Shown here in pieces: positions 12,620 to 26,548 of a stretch of DNA of 64,000 bases. Both the position numbers and the translations under genes were made by a program. Source of the stretch: Octopus sinensis (lineage: Eukaryota); NCBI RefSeq assembly GCF_006345805.1, contig NC_043019.1, forward strand, positions 21,327,360 to 21,391,359. The letters are read 5' to 3'. Below the pieces are notes generated by a model that had not been told where the DNA came from, searched no databases, and saw only the letters and a list, made by a program, of their open reading frames with translations. Every line of letters starts with the position of its first letter. Positions within the stretch are counted from its first letter, which is position 1.

Positions 12620-14505
12620 TTTCGAAACAAGGCTAGCAATTTTGGTGGTTAATTGGTGCTTATTTTATTGACCCCGAAAGGATGAAAGGCAAAGTTGACT
12701 TTGGCAGATTTTGAACCCAGAATGTGAAATTTAGAAGAAATATTAAATACTACACACAGATACAATGCATACATTCTTGTTTATTCATATGCTAAAGTAG
12801 ATATAAAAACTGATTGAGAGTGTTTTTTCGTTACATTTCAATCATGTTTGAAGCTTATCAGAGTCACAAATGTAGATAGAGATACTAACAGACTGATAGT
12901 ATACTGGTAAATGGTATAGCCAAAGGCATAAGCAGATGCTGACATGGCATGGGTGTGTTGGTTCAACATTTAAGTTTGAACACTGTGTGTGTGCATGTGT
13001 ATGAATTTATAAAGAATTTGGATTGTATTAATATCAACATAGACTAAGCCAGGAAGCTGGCTGAATTGTTAGCACACTGGGCAAAATGCTTAGCAGCATT
13101 TTGTTCACATTTGTATTCTGAGTTCAAAATCTGCCAAGGTTGACTCTGCCTTTTATCCTTTTGGGGCTGATAATGTAAGTACCAGCTGATCACTAGGGTT
13201 GATAATCAATTTGCTCCGCCTTCAAAATTGCTGGCCTTGCGCCAAAATTTGAAACCAGTATCATCATAGACTGAAAATATACAGCCATGTATATATACTC
13301 TTTTATAGGGGTTGATAACAAGTGGCTCACTGGAATGTTGTTCTCAGTGGGCCTTGGGGACTTTATGAAAAATTCTCCAAATTTTATGTATTCGTTGGTC
13401 ATTGAGTAGTTGTTAGCTTTTGCTTATATAAACATTACTGGAGATGGAAATGGAGGGGGTATGTGTAACAGGGGATGTTTTAATATGTAAGATATGATAT
13501 GATACATGTATCGTCCATAGGCAAGTGTAAAAAAAAGTCAAAAGTGGTCAATGACAAAACAGAAGCAGCTGATCCCTGATCTTTCATATACACACATACA
13601 CAAATTTTCAGATACATACACACACACACTCTTACTGAATACTCATTTTCGTATACATAGATGCAGGCTATTTCAAATATATATTCACACTCTTACAAAT
13701 TGTGTCTTCATTTTCACACACACAGACACATACATACAGACACACACGCATTTTGTAATAATTAAAACATTTGATTGAGTACAAATATTAAAATTAAGAG
13801 TAGAAATTTGCTAATTGTAACATTTTACCTTTATCAGTGCAGAAAAATCTTTGAATTCTTGAATACCTTTTCACTTTTGACTAACAGATGGCCCTAAGTG
13901 TGCACAAGTGTGTGTGTGGGTGTATGTGTGTGTGCACACGTTGAGGTTATTTAAAACCTAGTTTAAGATTAACAGAAGAACATTATCTTATGGGTTGGAG
14001 CACAATACACTGAGTAGAGTCAAATTTATTACAATAACAATTGCTTCTAATTTAGGTAGAAGGCTAATAATTCTGAGAGGAGAGAGTTAGTCAACATCAT
14101 TGACTTCAGTGCTTGGCTGATACTTTATGGATCCTGGAGAGGTGAAAGGTAAAACTGACCATGGTAGATTTTAAACTCAGAATGTTAAGAGCCAGAACAA
14201 ACAATACAAGGCCTTTCATCTGACACTGTTATGATTCTTCCAATTATTATTGTTGTTATTAAGTCGGTGAACTGGCAGAATCATTAGCACACTGGGCAAA
14301 ATGCTTAGCAGCATTTTGTCTCCTGCTACATTCTGAGTTCAAATTCCGCTGAGGTTGACTTTGCCTTTCATTCTTTCAGGTTCGATAAATTAAGTATCAG
14401 TAAAGTATTGGTGTCAATGTAATAAACACATCCCCTCCCCCAAAATGGTTGCTTTTGTGGCAAAATTTTAAACCATTATTATTATTATTATTATTATTAT
14501 TATCA
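12620..14505. mobile_element. Degenerate family B SINEs in head-to-head pairs (~12620-12745 - / ~13053-13265 +; ~14042-14250 - / ~14262-14505 +)
   Basis: Family B core motifs in opposite orientations. Boundaries approximate. Confidence 0.75.
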
Positions 14506-15405
14506 TTATTATTATTGAAGTCAATGACCCAGCAGAAACTATTCATATAAACCCTGTGTAAAAATACAACTGATTAAAAGCATACCAGCTTTTAATCAGA
14601 GGTATAGTTTCATATACCCAGGACTATACAAACCAAGTGTATTTCCATTTTAAAGATAATTAGGTGCAAATTGTAGGCCTGTCTTTTCCCCGACAGTGCA
14701 TAGTGTACCTAATACTACAGTATCCAATGTGTCCTTCCTCATTGACAGGGTGTAATTTGAGGGAAATTTGGTTACCATTTCTAGCAGACAGACTGTTTTG
14801 AAGCACTTTCACTTAATAGTGATGCTGTTAATATTGTTGTCGCTTAGCTCCAGGTCAGAGCTGACTAACCACAATCAAGATCAAATGCATTCCATCCATG
14901 CCCATCCTGTCTTTTATAAAGAAATAGTTTTAACCAAACTAGACTGCAAAGTATCCTTTCTTTTGTTTTTCTTCAGTTATTTTCTAGACACAAAGAGTAT
15001 GAAATTAAGGAGATTTTTTAAAAATATTTCAAGCAAATTGACCAACCACACATAGTTCCCTTTATTGAATTATGATCTGACTGGAAATAGAAACGTATAG
15101 AATTCTTAAAGTTACTTTGCTGCTTGTGTGGTTTAATCTTTTATCTATAATGTGATGGTAATGGAATCGGATATGAGAAAAAAAAAGAGTATGTGTGTGT
15201 ATTTCTTTACACCTGCCAGTCTGTATGCATGTATGTATATGTGCTTGTGTGTCTGCTTTCATTATTATCTCCTGATCTACATAAAATGTCTCTTACTTAC
15301 TACCCCCCACCTTATACTGAACGCACACGCGTGTATGTGTGTGTGTATGTATGTATGTGTGTATGTATGTTTATCATTCTGAAATTGCTTTCAGCACATA
15401 ACATT

Positions 15406-15439
<34 letters not shown>

Positions 15440-15672
15440 TATGACTAAATTGGTAATTTCAATAAATGATACTGTTTATGTAGCTTGTAAGTTTATGTGA
15501 TGATATCAATATATAAGCATATGTCTGCAAGTGAATGTATATTATATATATATACACACAGACATATATATATATATACATATGCATTTATATACATATA
15601 TATATACATATATCATCATCGTTATATGATGATATGTGTGTGTGTGTGTATGTGTGTGTGTATATATATATG

Positions 15673-15729
<57 letters not shown>

Positions 15730-16699
15730 TCACAAACACACACACATATATATACATATAAAATGATTCATCCTTATTATATGATGATATATATGTGTGT
15801 GTATATACATATATACATGCATGCATACATACATACATACATGTATGCATACATACATACATACATAATGCATACATACATACATAAATACATACATATA
15901 TAATGCATGTATATCTGTGTATATGAACACACAGATTTTCACGTTCAGTCTCCACCACCATCACAACCATCATCAACAACAAGAAGTTCAACAAGCAATA
16001 AGCTTCTTTTTCTCTCTCCACTCTCCCCATTCACCAAAGTATTTTAAAATGCCACGAGAAAGTGGATTTGAAATAGGAATTGGTAAAATCAGACAGAAAT
16101 GGACCAAAATATTTAAAGGAAGTAAAGTAAACAGTGTCGCTATTAACTTACAGAACAGAGATATTCTTTATCGATCACACACTAAACAGGAGAATTGCTT
16201 TATTGATCCGAGTCAGCAGTGCTAGAGGATGGCTGACCAAGTCTATGTTTAGTTAGAAGGGTTGGCACTCCAATTAAGAACGTGTGCACGACCTTGATGA
16301 GGTGATTGGATAGATGGAGGGTCTGGTGTATAAGTCAATAGGGAAGATGGGGTACAGGTGGATAGGGAGAAAGTTTTTGCAGGCATTGATCTTCCTCGTT
16401 TCAGTTCATCTTTTGTGTTGCCTGCAGTGGTTGTGAGTCGTCATAATTGTTGTTGTTGTTGTCAAAGGAGATGATAATTACGATGAAGATGAGAATAATG
16501 GTGATGATAATGATGATTATTATAATGATTGTGATTATTGCAACAATGGGGATGATTAAGGTGAGAAGAAGGTAAGAAGCAGCAGAAGCAGCAGCAGCTA
16601 CCATTATTGATGCCGTTGATGAAGAACTGGTGTTGATATTACAGAGACATGTGATATTTTGATATTGAATATAGAATCGAAGATGAGGCCATTCAATTT

Positions 16700-17080
16700 C
16701 TGTTAGGCCTTTGCAGGTCATGTTATATTTGTGAGCCAGTCAACATCTGCAGGATAGGAAGTGAGCAGGAAGGGATTTTGCGAGGGATGATGTTCCAGGA
16801 AGGATTATTGGGCATAGTGATGGATTATCATTGTACCTAGTAGTGAGGGTGATGGGAAGGACATAACATAGAAGATGAGAGAAGGAGATATGAATGGATT
16901 AGGAGTACCTGAGCCACATTTGAGGAACAGAGATCATTACAATAGTGATAAAATAGGCAGAAAGAGGAGACAGCATCCCTGTGGGCCAGAGGGTGAAATG
17001 TGTCTGTGTGTGATTTTTATATGAATGAGTCGGGTAACGCTTTTTCTGGATGTGGCCTATGCTGATTGTGTGACGATGAC
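16700..17080 (-). mobile_element. Decayed CR1-group LINE ORF2 C-terminal fragment
   Basis: Minus-strand translation with frameshifts gives IQKK...PLAHRDAVSSFCLFYHYCNDLCSS...LPGTSSLAKSLPAH, like the conserved LAHRR.VSSL.LFYRYY.G.CSS...FLPRT..LWNSLP end of CR1/L2-group RT ORFs. Confidence 0.6.
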
Positions 17081-18169
17081 ATTGTTGTTGATGCTGGATC
17101 TCATTGCTGTTTAAACCCCAATCAACCCATAATAATATATTTATTGAATAAAGTCATGAAAAGTATCATTAATGACCTTAATCAGAGGAGGAAAAGCAGG
17201 AAAAATGTCTCCTCTTTTAGGGTTTTTGAGACCAGAAGAGTAAAAGAGAGGAAGCTATTGATGTCCACACAGTACAGAACTGGTCTGAACACTCATAAAA
17301 ATATGGACTGTGTTGAATAAACCTAAACAGTTAAAAGGTGACATTAAACTGAGTGACAGATTAAGTTAGAAAAATTAGTGGGGTGAGAGAAGAATGAATT
17401 AAGAAGCAATCAAAATACTTCCAAAATAAACTGGAAAGGTGAGACTCAATATAGTTGCCTGACCTTCTAGAAATCTCCCTAAAATCCATGTTTTGTCTTA
17501 ACTATCGGTCAGTCGTGAAACATATACATATCATACCTTGTTTACATTTCTTTACAAGGAAGGGAGGAACTCTCTAATGTGTGAGAGAAAATTCTAACCT
17601 CTTCTATCATTTGTTTTTATTCTGAATGGAATCATTACAAGACTTGGATTTTGTTAAGAGTTCAATAAAGAAGGAATATTTTAGATAATATAATATAGTC
17701 ACTGGTCACTGATATGTGGAAAATGGGATGGTCATGGCTGGAATATCTTTAACCTAAGGACTTAGTAATAAGAAAGAAGGCAGCATCCACAACCGTTTCC
17801 TAAAGCATCTGGGAAATGCTAAAAAGCACCCGAGCACAAGGTGATGATTAAGACTATCACCTCCAAAATAAGTACAATCCTTCTGAGAGGCTACACACTC
17901 CCCATCTCCGGAATTCCACTAGCAAGACTTTGGTCAATCCAACTGTATGTTACGGTAGAAGACACTTGTCCCAAGAAACTGTGCAGTGGGACTGAAATCA
18001 ATCCTAAAACTATGCAGTTGCAAACTGAATGTTTTAACCATACAGTCATCAGGGATGACCTAAGACTATGCAACAACAACAATTATTGAGTACTATTTCA
18101 CAAGACTGTCTCTTAATACTGAGCAAGCGGAGAGAGTATCTTAGAACTGTTAGGCCTTTATTGTTTTCT

Positions 18170-18490
18170 AATAGTGCTGGTGACATGTCAAAGACACCTG
18201 TACAAGTGACATGTAAAGGAACCTGTGCTGGTGACGTGTAAAAGGCACCCATGCAAGTGATACGTAAAAGGTACCCATACTGGTGATACAAAAAGAGATC
18301 GATGCCAGTAACATGTAAAAGACACCCAGTACATTCCATAGAGTGGTTGGCATTAGGAAGGGCATCCAGCTGTAGAAACCAAACCAAAACAGACAATTGG
18401 AGCCTGGTGCAGCTTCCTGGCTTACTAGTCCCAGTCAAACTGCTTTACCCATACCAGCATGGACAATAGCCATTAAATGATGGTGATGTT
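18170..18490 (+). mobile_element. Degenerate SINE, family C
   Basis: GAGTGGTTGGCATTAGGAAGGGCATCCAGCTGTAGAAAC...CCCATACCAGCATGGA...GATGGTGATG. Confidence 0.7.
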
Positions 18491-19577
18491 GAATAGTGTT
18501 TCATATCAAATTTAAATATTTTCATTGCTTAACCAGAGGAAGAAAGGAAGTACTTATGGCCTTTTTGTAGAGCTCTGAAGGTTGGTTGTGAGGGAAGGAA
18601 AGAAGCCATCACCTCTCAGGGGTTACTATAGTAAGAAACGGCACATGATGGTATCTCAAACCACTGACCTGGTCTGAATGCTTACAACAGAGAGGACTAT
18701 ACTGAAGGTACATGAATGCCAGATGGTGGTGTTGCTAATCTGGGCAATGGAAGAAGTCAGCTACTTAACAACATGTACAATTCATTTGAGAAGCCCTGTA
18801 CAGTTTCCACTCACAAAGTTTGATTCAACCTGAAACTATGGCAGAAGACTGTCCTTGTGTGCTATGTAGTGGGGCTGAACTTGGAATCACATGATTGTGA
18901 AATGAACTTCTTAATCATATAAATATACCTTAATAAACATAGTAGTAAAAACAGATTTTAAAAATGCAAACTAAAAAAATTAAAGGAAAAATAATAATTA
19001 ATGAAAAATAAATGGAAAATATAAAAGAAATAAAATTAAAAAATATAAATGAAAACTAAAATAAATTATTTTGTGTGAATTTCTAAGATGAGGAATTACC
19101 ATTATTGTACATACATATATTTGGGACAAGTGTGTTTTTATCTTGGTTGTTATAACAACAAAAGTTTCAGCCATATTCTGACCATATTCAAGTACCTGTT
19201 GTTATTTTTGGCAATGTTCTCAAAATTTTGAACCAATTATTCAATCCAAGGGGCAAGGGATGTACCCTCATTGATTGACTAAAGGTTTCACTTTGTAATT
19301 TTGAGAATTTATTAAATACAAGCAGCTCAAGAAGCTTGGAAGGTACACTGAAACTTTGTGACTGTCTCAATCAAGGAATGAAAACTAGTTGAGAATTATC
19401 AAAGTAAAATAAACACCTCTAATGATTTAATTGAAGTGAAATGAAATAATCTAAACATTTAAAATAGTTGATTTAAAAAATTGCAACCAAAAAGAAAAAA
19501 AAAATTATATCTTTTGTGAATTGATCAAGAAATGAAAGAAGAAAATTTTTCAGAAATTTCTGGTAGTTTTCTAATAA

Positions 19578-20378
19578 GAATTTTAAATTTTGGCACAAGG
19601 CCAGCATTTTTGCAAGGATGGGCTAGTTGACTACATCAACCCCAATATTTGACTGGTACTTTATTTTATCAATCCTGAAAGATGAAGCGCAATGTTGATT
19701 TTGGTGTGAATTGGACTCAGAACATAAAGAGCTAAAATAAAAATAATAATGATGATGATTTTAAATTTTGGCACAAGGTCGGCAATTTTAGAGGACAGAT
19801 ATTCAATTACATTGACCTCAGTACTTGACTGGTACTTTATTTTATCAATACTGAAAGGATGAAAGGCAAAGTCAACTTTGCTGGTACTTGAGCTCAGAAC
19901 ATAAAGATATAAAAGGAATGCCAGTGAGCACTTTTTGTTTGATGCAGTAATGATTCTGCTAGCTCATTACCATAATAACAATAATAATAATAAAAACAAT
20001 AAATCACGCCAAAGTCAACTATGACTTTCACCCTTTCAGGATCAATGAAATACAATACCAGTTAAGTACTGGTACTTAACTGGTATCAACTAAATCTCTT
20101 CTTCTCATAAATTGCTGGCCTTGTGCTTACATCAGGAGTCATTATTAGTATTATTATTAAGGTGGTGAGCTGGCAGAACTGTTAACATGTCAGACAAAAT
20201 ACTTAATGACATTTCGACCATCTCTCTCTGTTCTGGGTTCAAGTTCCTCTGAAGTTGACTTTGCCTTGCATCCTTTCAGAATTGATAAAATGAGTACCAA
20301 TTGAGGGGTGGGGTCAATATAATCACCTTACCTCCTCAACTGACCTTACTGGCCTTGTGCCAAAATTTGAAACCATTA

Positions 20379-20405
<27 letters not shown>
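19578..20405. mobile_element. Family B SINE cluster (two minus copies, one plus copy, head-to-head)
   Basis: tttaaattttggcacaagg at ~19582 and ~19760; plus copy aaggtggtgagctggcag at ~20158 ending ccttgtgccaaaatttgaaacc(att)n. Confidence 0.75.
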
Positions 20406-20410
<5 letters not shown>

Positions 20411-22135
20411 TTGTTTGCTGAATTGTCAAACCTGATTGCCTAATGTTCAAAGAAAGAAGAAAAAAATAAGATGCAAAGAACAAAAAAGTTAAATAGAAAA
20501 AAAAAGAAAAAATTTAAACAATTTTTTTCCATTCATTAAGTTAAAGGAAAGAATATTAGACCCACCCCCACCATCAAGTTGAGTTTCATTGCATTGTGAT
20601 GTGATATTGTGTTGTGTTGTATCATACCACACTCTGCTGTACAAGTGTTTCACTTCTGTGTTATTGAATATCACCAATTCTCAGGGGATTTTTTTTTTTA
20701 CAGCTCTGACCAGGGTGGTGGGTGGGGTGGTGTAGAGGGTGTGAGTAAAAAGAAGAAGAAGTAAAAATTCTTAAGATGCAAAAAACAAAACAAAAAACAA
20801 AAACAAAAAAAAACACAACAAAAATAATTCAAAATAAATAAATAAAAAATTTTTTAAATACCATGCAGAATTAAAGAACAAAAAAAAAATCGATAGCAAA
20901 AAGAAGGATCATACCGAGAAATAAAAAAAAAAAATCATTATCATTACTATTATCATTTTTGCTTGGTTTCTAAGATTGGATAACATGCCAAAAATCTTTC
21001 CAGCAAAATTATCAACTCACTTTAAGGAAAAAAGATAGTATTTGTTCAATTACTGCTTCATTTTGCTCTCTTTATTTCTCTCTTTCTCTTTATATATATA
21101 TATATCAGATTTCTCTCAAGTTCTTTCAAGGTGGGGTGTATTTAATTCTTCTTCTTCATATATATATATATTTTTTTCTTTCATTTAATGTATATATTTT
21201 TTTCCAATCTGAATTTTTTGATTTTTTTTTTTTTCATTTTTATAGTTGTTCTTGTTGTCCCCCACAGACCATAAAAAATGACAGGAAATCATTTATATAG
21301 AAAAAACAGCCAATCATTTCCTTTTGTAAAGCCACTGAATGTTGGTAATATGGTGTAATATCATTTCTGTAAAGTGCAAGAGAAGTGGGGATAGAAATCA
21401 AAATTTAATTATAATTGATAATAATCAATTAATGTTATTTACAAAGTCATCTAAAATTTACATCAATCATCAATCTTTCTCTGGCTCTCTTCCATTTTTC
21501 TCTCCTTCATATTCATCTTGTTGGTATTGTTGTTCCACCCCACATCATCCCTAAATCAGAACTATGGTGAAAAGACATTCCTGCCATGATCATTCCATCT
21601 TTATTTCCTTACATACTGTATTGAGGATCACATTATCCAAAATGACCTTTATTTTTAAGATGTAAAGTGTGATATGAGAGAGATTAGGCTGTTAATTACA
21701 GCAGGTCAAGTAACGATAGAGGAGGTCAGTAATTAGCTCATAACTATGATAATTATTGAGAACTACATCATTCCATGTGTTTTTTCTTTTTAAGATGTTA
21801 CAGTATGATTTGAGGTAAATTTGGCTGCTACTTTTAGCAGTTTGACTGTACTTATAGTTTGTATCTCACAACATCTTATGTATACTAGCATGTGCGTGAA
21901 TAGTTGCTAATCTAGTTCTTGAGCTAAACACTTCATTTCACGATGCTCCATTCCACTCAGATGGCAAAATTGAGTAATCCTGCAACAGACCAGTGTCTCA
22001 TCTGGGGAGGAACATATACATCAGAGAAACTGGGAAACTGGCCCTATGCTCCTTATGGAGTAATGTAGACCAACCACGTTTCATGTTCAGATATTACAAT
22101 AATCAATTAGGTGTGAATAGCAGTGAAGTGTACTA

Positions 22136-22170
<35 letters not shown>

Positions 22171-22311
22171 CCATTTGATTTATATGGATAATACCATACA
22201 AAACTCTGGTGCTTTTAACTTAAGTACCATATTCATATGAATCTAAATTTTGCTGAACTTATATATATATGTATATATATATATATTATATAATATATAT
22301 ATATATGTATG

Positions 22312-22372
<61 letters not shown>

Positions 22373-22395
22373 ATATATATATATATATATGTATG

Positions 22396-22472
<77 letters not shown>

Positions 22473-22482
22473 CACATACATA

Positions 22483-22826
22483 TCATCATCATCATCATCG
22501 TTTAGCGTCCGTTTTCCATGCTAGCATGGGTTGGACGGTTCTACTGGGGTCTGTGAAGCCAGAAGGCTTCATCAGGCCCAGTCAAATCTGGCAGTGTTTC
22601 TACGGCTGGATGCCCTTCCTAACGCCAACCACTCCGTGAGTGTAGTGGGTGCTTTTTATGTGCCACCTGCACTGGTGCCAGACAGAGCTGGCAAACGGCC
22701 ACGAACGGATGGTGCTTTTTATGTGCTACCGGCACGAGGGCCAGGCAAGGCTGGCAATGGACACAAAACGGGGCGGTGCTGGCAACGGTCGCGAAACGGA
22801 AAGTTCTCTTACATGCCACCGGCACG
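22483..22826 (-). mobile_element. SINE family C with (GAT)n tail
   Basis: Plus strand reads (CAT)nCGTTTAGCGTCCGTTTTCCATGCTAGCATGGGTTGGACGG...GGATGCCCTTCCTAACGCCAACCACTCC. The RTE-like nature of the 3' tail is inferred. Confidence 0.85.
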
Positions 22827-23824
22827 TATATGTATAAATATATAAAGAGTTTATGTCAAACTTAGATTTCAATCTAGGCTCTAGTAACAAGTGAAGACCT
22901 GCTGTTCAATGGGAAAGTACTCATAGGCAGATGTTTTTCATGTATGCATATGTGTATAAGTTGCTATAATATAGACCTTTCTTTTTTAAGGGATCATAGT
23001 ATGGTGGTGGGTGGAAGCAACTGAAAATATAAATGAAAAGAAACAAAAAACGAAATAAAAGAAAGAAAAGAAAAAATAGGGAAAACAGAAAGTGGGGATC
23101 AAAAGGCCTCTGACTTCAAATATTAAAAACTGAAACTTAAAATAAAAAAAAGGTGTAAATTGGAAGGCAAAGGTAAGTAGTATTTGATGCTGCACCAGGA
23201 TGAATTAAATTGATTTTTGTGAAAAGAATTTTGACTGATACAATATTTTTTTGATAGATTAATTTTTGACATATATTCACTGAGTGAAAAAAGATTACTT
23301 CAATAATATTTTGTTTGTTAATCCATATGAGGATAGATGGCCATCACATTCACATCATTGATGGGTTTCAGGAGTTAAACAGCGTACATGAGAGTGGCTG
23401 ACAAGTCCAAGACAAGAATTTGGTAGAAAATTGATGCATGTGTGAGGTGTGATAGTTATAGATGTGCATGTATATTACTGTGTCTATGTGTAGGCATATA
23501 TATACATATATAGACATCAGTCATTCAACACACAAGAATATTCATTATCATAGCCAAGAAAATTACATGCATCACAAAATATAAAGAAGTTGACCTTGTT
23601 TATACATACATATGTATGTATGTACATATATATGTATGTATGCATATATGTATACACACACACATATATATAAACAACAAAAACATAAATTGCAAGCTGC
23701 AGTGCTTATCTCAATAAGGTGTACATGTGTGTATACATTTACATACATAACGATATGTGTGTGTGTGTGTGTGTTTATAAACATATGTATATAATATGTA
23801 CACATGTTTATAAATATGCATACA

Positions 23825-23872
<48 letters not shown>

Positions 23873-23874
<2 letters not shown>

Positions 23875-24268
23875 CGCAGGTGTGGCTGTGTGCAAGAAAT
23901 AATGCTTGACCACATGGTTCTGGGTTCAGTCCCACTGTGTGGCACTTTGGGCAAGTGTCTTGTAATATAGCCATGGGCCAACCAAAGCCTTGTAAGTGGA
24001 TTTGGCTGACAGAAACTGAAAGAAGCTTGTTGTGTGTGCGTGTATGTATGTGTGTGTGCGTGTGTGTGTGTCTGTGTGCCTTTGTGTCTATGTTTGTCCT
24101 TTGTCACCACTTGACAATTGCTGTTGGTGTGTTTATGCCCCTGTGACTTAGTGGTTCAGCAAAAGAGACTGATAGACTAAGTACCAGGCTTAAAATTCTT
24201 TTGACTAAAATTCTTCAAGGTAGTGCTTCTGCATGGCTGCAGTCTAATGGCTGAAACATATAAAGGAT
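23873..24268 (+). mobile_element. SINE family A
   Basis: GGCGCAGGTGTGGCTGTGTG...TTTGGGCAAGTGTCTT...CTGAAACA. Confidence 0.85.
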
Positions 24269-24434
24269 ACATACATACATATATACACATATACATACAT
24301 ACATATTTTGCCATGTTGGACCACTGAATTCAACATGTTTTTTTTTCAGTCTCTATTTATTTTCTCTTATTCCTTTCTGTTGAAGATTGTAGGCTGGAAA
24401 CGTTTTTCTAAGAATTTGAACAATATATATATAT

Positions 24435-24577
24435 CATCATCATCATCATCATCGTTTAACGTCCGTTCTCCATGCTAGCATGGGTTGGACGGTTCGACCG
24501 GGGATCTGGGAAGCCAGAAGGCTGCACCAGGCTCCAGTCTTATCTGGAGCCTGGTGCAGCCTTCTGGCTTCCCAGAT
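24435..24577 (-). mobile_element. 5'-truncated family C SINE ending in a perfect 34-bp fold-back
   Basis: Arms 24504-24537 and 24544-24577, 6-nt loop. Confidence 0.85.
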
Positions 24578-24977
24578 ATATATATAAAACTGAGTTTTAT
24601 TATGACAATCAACTAATTGTCACATATTATATTTATAGATAAATTCCTTTATTTACATAATATCGAGGTCTCATTCATTCTTTTGTTGTCATATTATTAT
24701 TATTATTAATATATATATATATATGGGGTTTAAAATTTATGACAGCTGTTTTGGTAGAATTATATTGATGTTTTCATAGATTACATCATAGCATATAATC
24801 CACCATCTTCAGGTAAAATTTTAAACAAGTATCAAAAATGTGAGATAATACTTTGATTATGACAAATCCAACCAACTTTGATGGATAACTCACTATGAAC
24901 TCAATGTACCTAGCAATTTTTGGCATCCTACTTGCTGATGTGCCTAGATTCTGTTAAATCTTATATCTATCTATCTA

Positions 24978-25030
<53 letters not shown>

Positions 25031-26150
25031 ATGTAAATGTGTATGGTCAAATTCTGATACATGATGGCTCCAGGAAACATCTAAAATACTTTCTTGGAGC
25101 AATATGTGATTTGCCTTTGAACTTTTCGGGAGTTGAAGCTATCCTTAACAGAAATCAAACTCCGCCCTAATTAACAAGCTTCTGTACTGTTTCCCTCTGT
25201 TAAGTTTCACTCAGGATATATCAGACATTCCAAGAGACTTCAGCCCCAGATGCTGCGCAGTGGGATTGAGCCCAGAACTATGTGGTTATGAAGCTAATTT
25301 CTTAACCGCAAGGTCATACTTGTGTTTGTGTGCATGTATGTCTGTGTGTGCATGTGTTTGTGTGTATATATATAGACATATAAATGAAGACAACAAGTGT
25401 TTGTAAACCAAAAAGTTATATAAATAAATACGTCTGCATAAAAAACAAGACAAAAGAAGTATAGAATAGATCACAACAACATCAATAATAATAACAACAA
25501 CAACGATAAGTATATGAAGGTTGCTAACCTTAGCAACTATTCCAGCTCACTAGAAAAGCTTATTTTTGCTTTACTTATTTACTTTTGTAAAGGAATCTGG
25601 CTGCTCTATGATTTGTATGATACCAGGATTGTACATGTTTTAAGGGGTGCACTTTAGGAAAGGCAGGGGTGGATGGGTGGATGGGTTGGGTAAAGGTAAC
25701 ATGGAGGACAGTGGCTTGTGATAATTATTTAATATTTATGATTTGTAAGTTGGGACAATTTCTTTTGTAGTTTCAATAATGAAAAGAACCAAAAAAAATG
25801 TACTAAGTGAGATGAGTCGAAACTTTCATTGCAAGCTTATTTTAATTTTGTTTTTAATTGTAGCTATTACTATTATTATTATTATTATTATTATACAGAA
25901 CTGCAGGAAACTCTAGAATTTCATGTGGGTGGGTGGGTGGTGGCAGATGGGAAGAAGAATGATTCTGGACTCGCTTATTCTTTTTTGTTTTGGGATTTTT
26001 GATTTTTTGAAATTTTTTTTTAATTGGAAACAATTTTTTTGTTTTACGTCATTATCGTTACTATTATTATTTACATATAAATGACATTAGTAATGTCTTA
26101 TCTCAGATAGAAAATTGTAGATGAGAGAAAGGATTTGGGGTGGAATATAT

Positions 26151-26217
<67 letters not shown>

Positions 26218-26499
26218 CATATATATATCATTGGGAAATAACAAGTTGAATTTGTTAGAGCAGCAAGATATAACCCATTATTAGTAGCTTTTAGAAGAGG
26301 GGAGACCACCTGTTTGGAGAAAAGAAAGGTAGACATAGAAAAATCAGGATACATCAAATGGTTGATTAACAACAGCAGCAATAACAAAGAGCAAAATAAA
26401 TGTTGTCATAGACCTGTAAGAAATACTTCAAAGATAAAAAAAAGAGAGCAAAAAGAAAAAAAATTGCTTATAATGAATGAAAAGAGAGACAATTATCAA

Positions 26500-26548
<49 letters not shown>

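Noticed and set aside
25666-25690. G-quadruplex-like GGGG-TGGAT-GGG-TGGAT-GGG-TT-GGG and similar G-tracts at 20713-20739 and 25927-25943
   Set aside because: Simple-sequence motifs with no supporting context for function.
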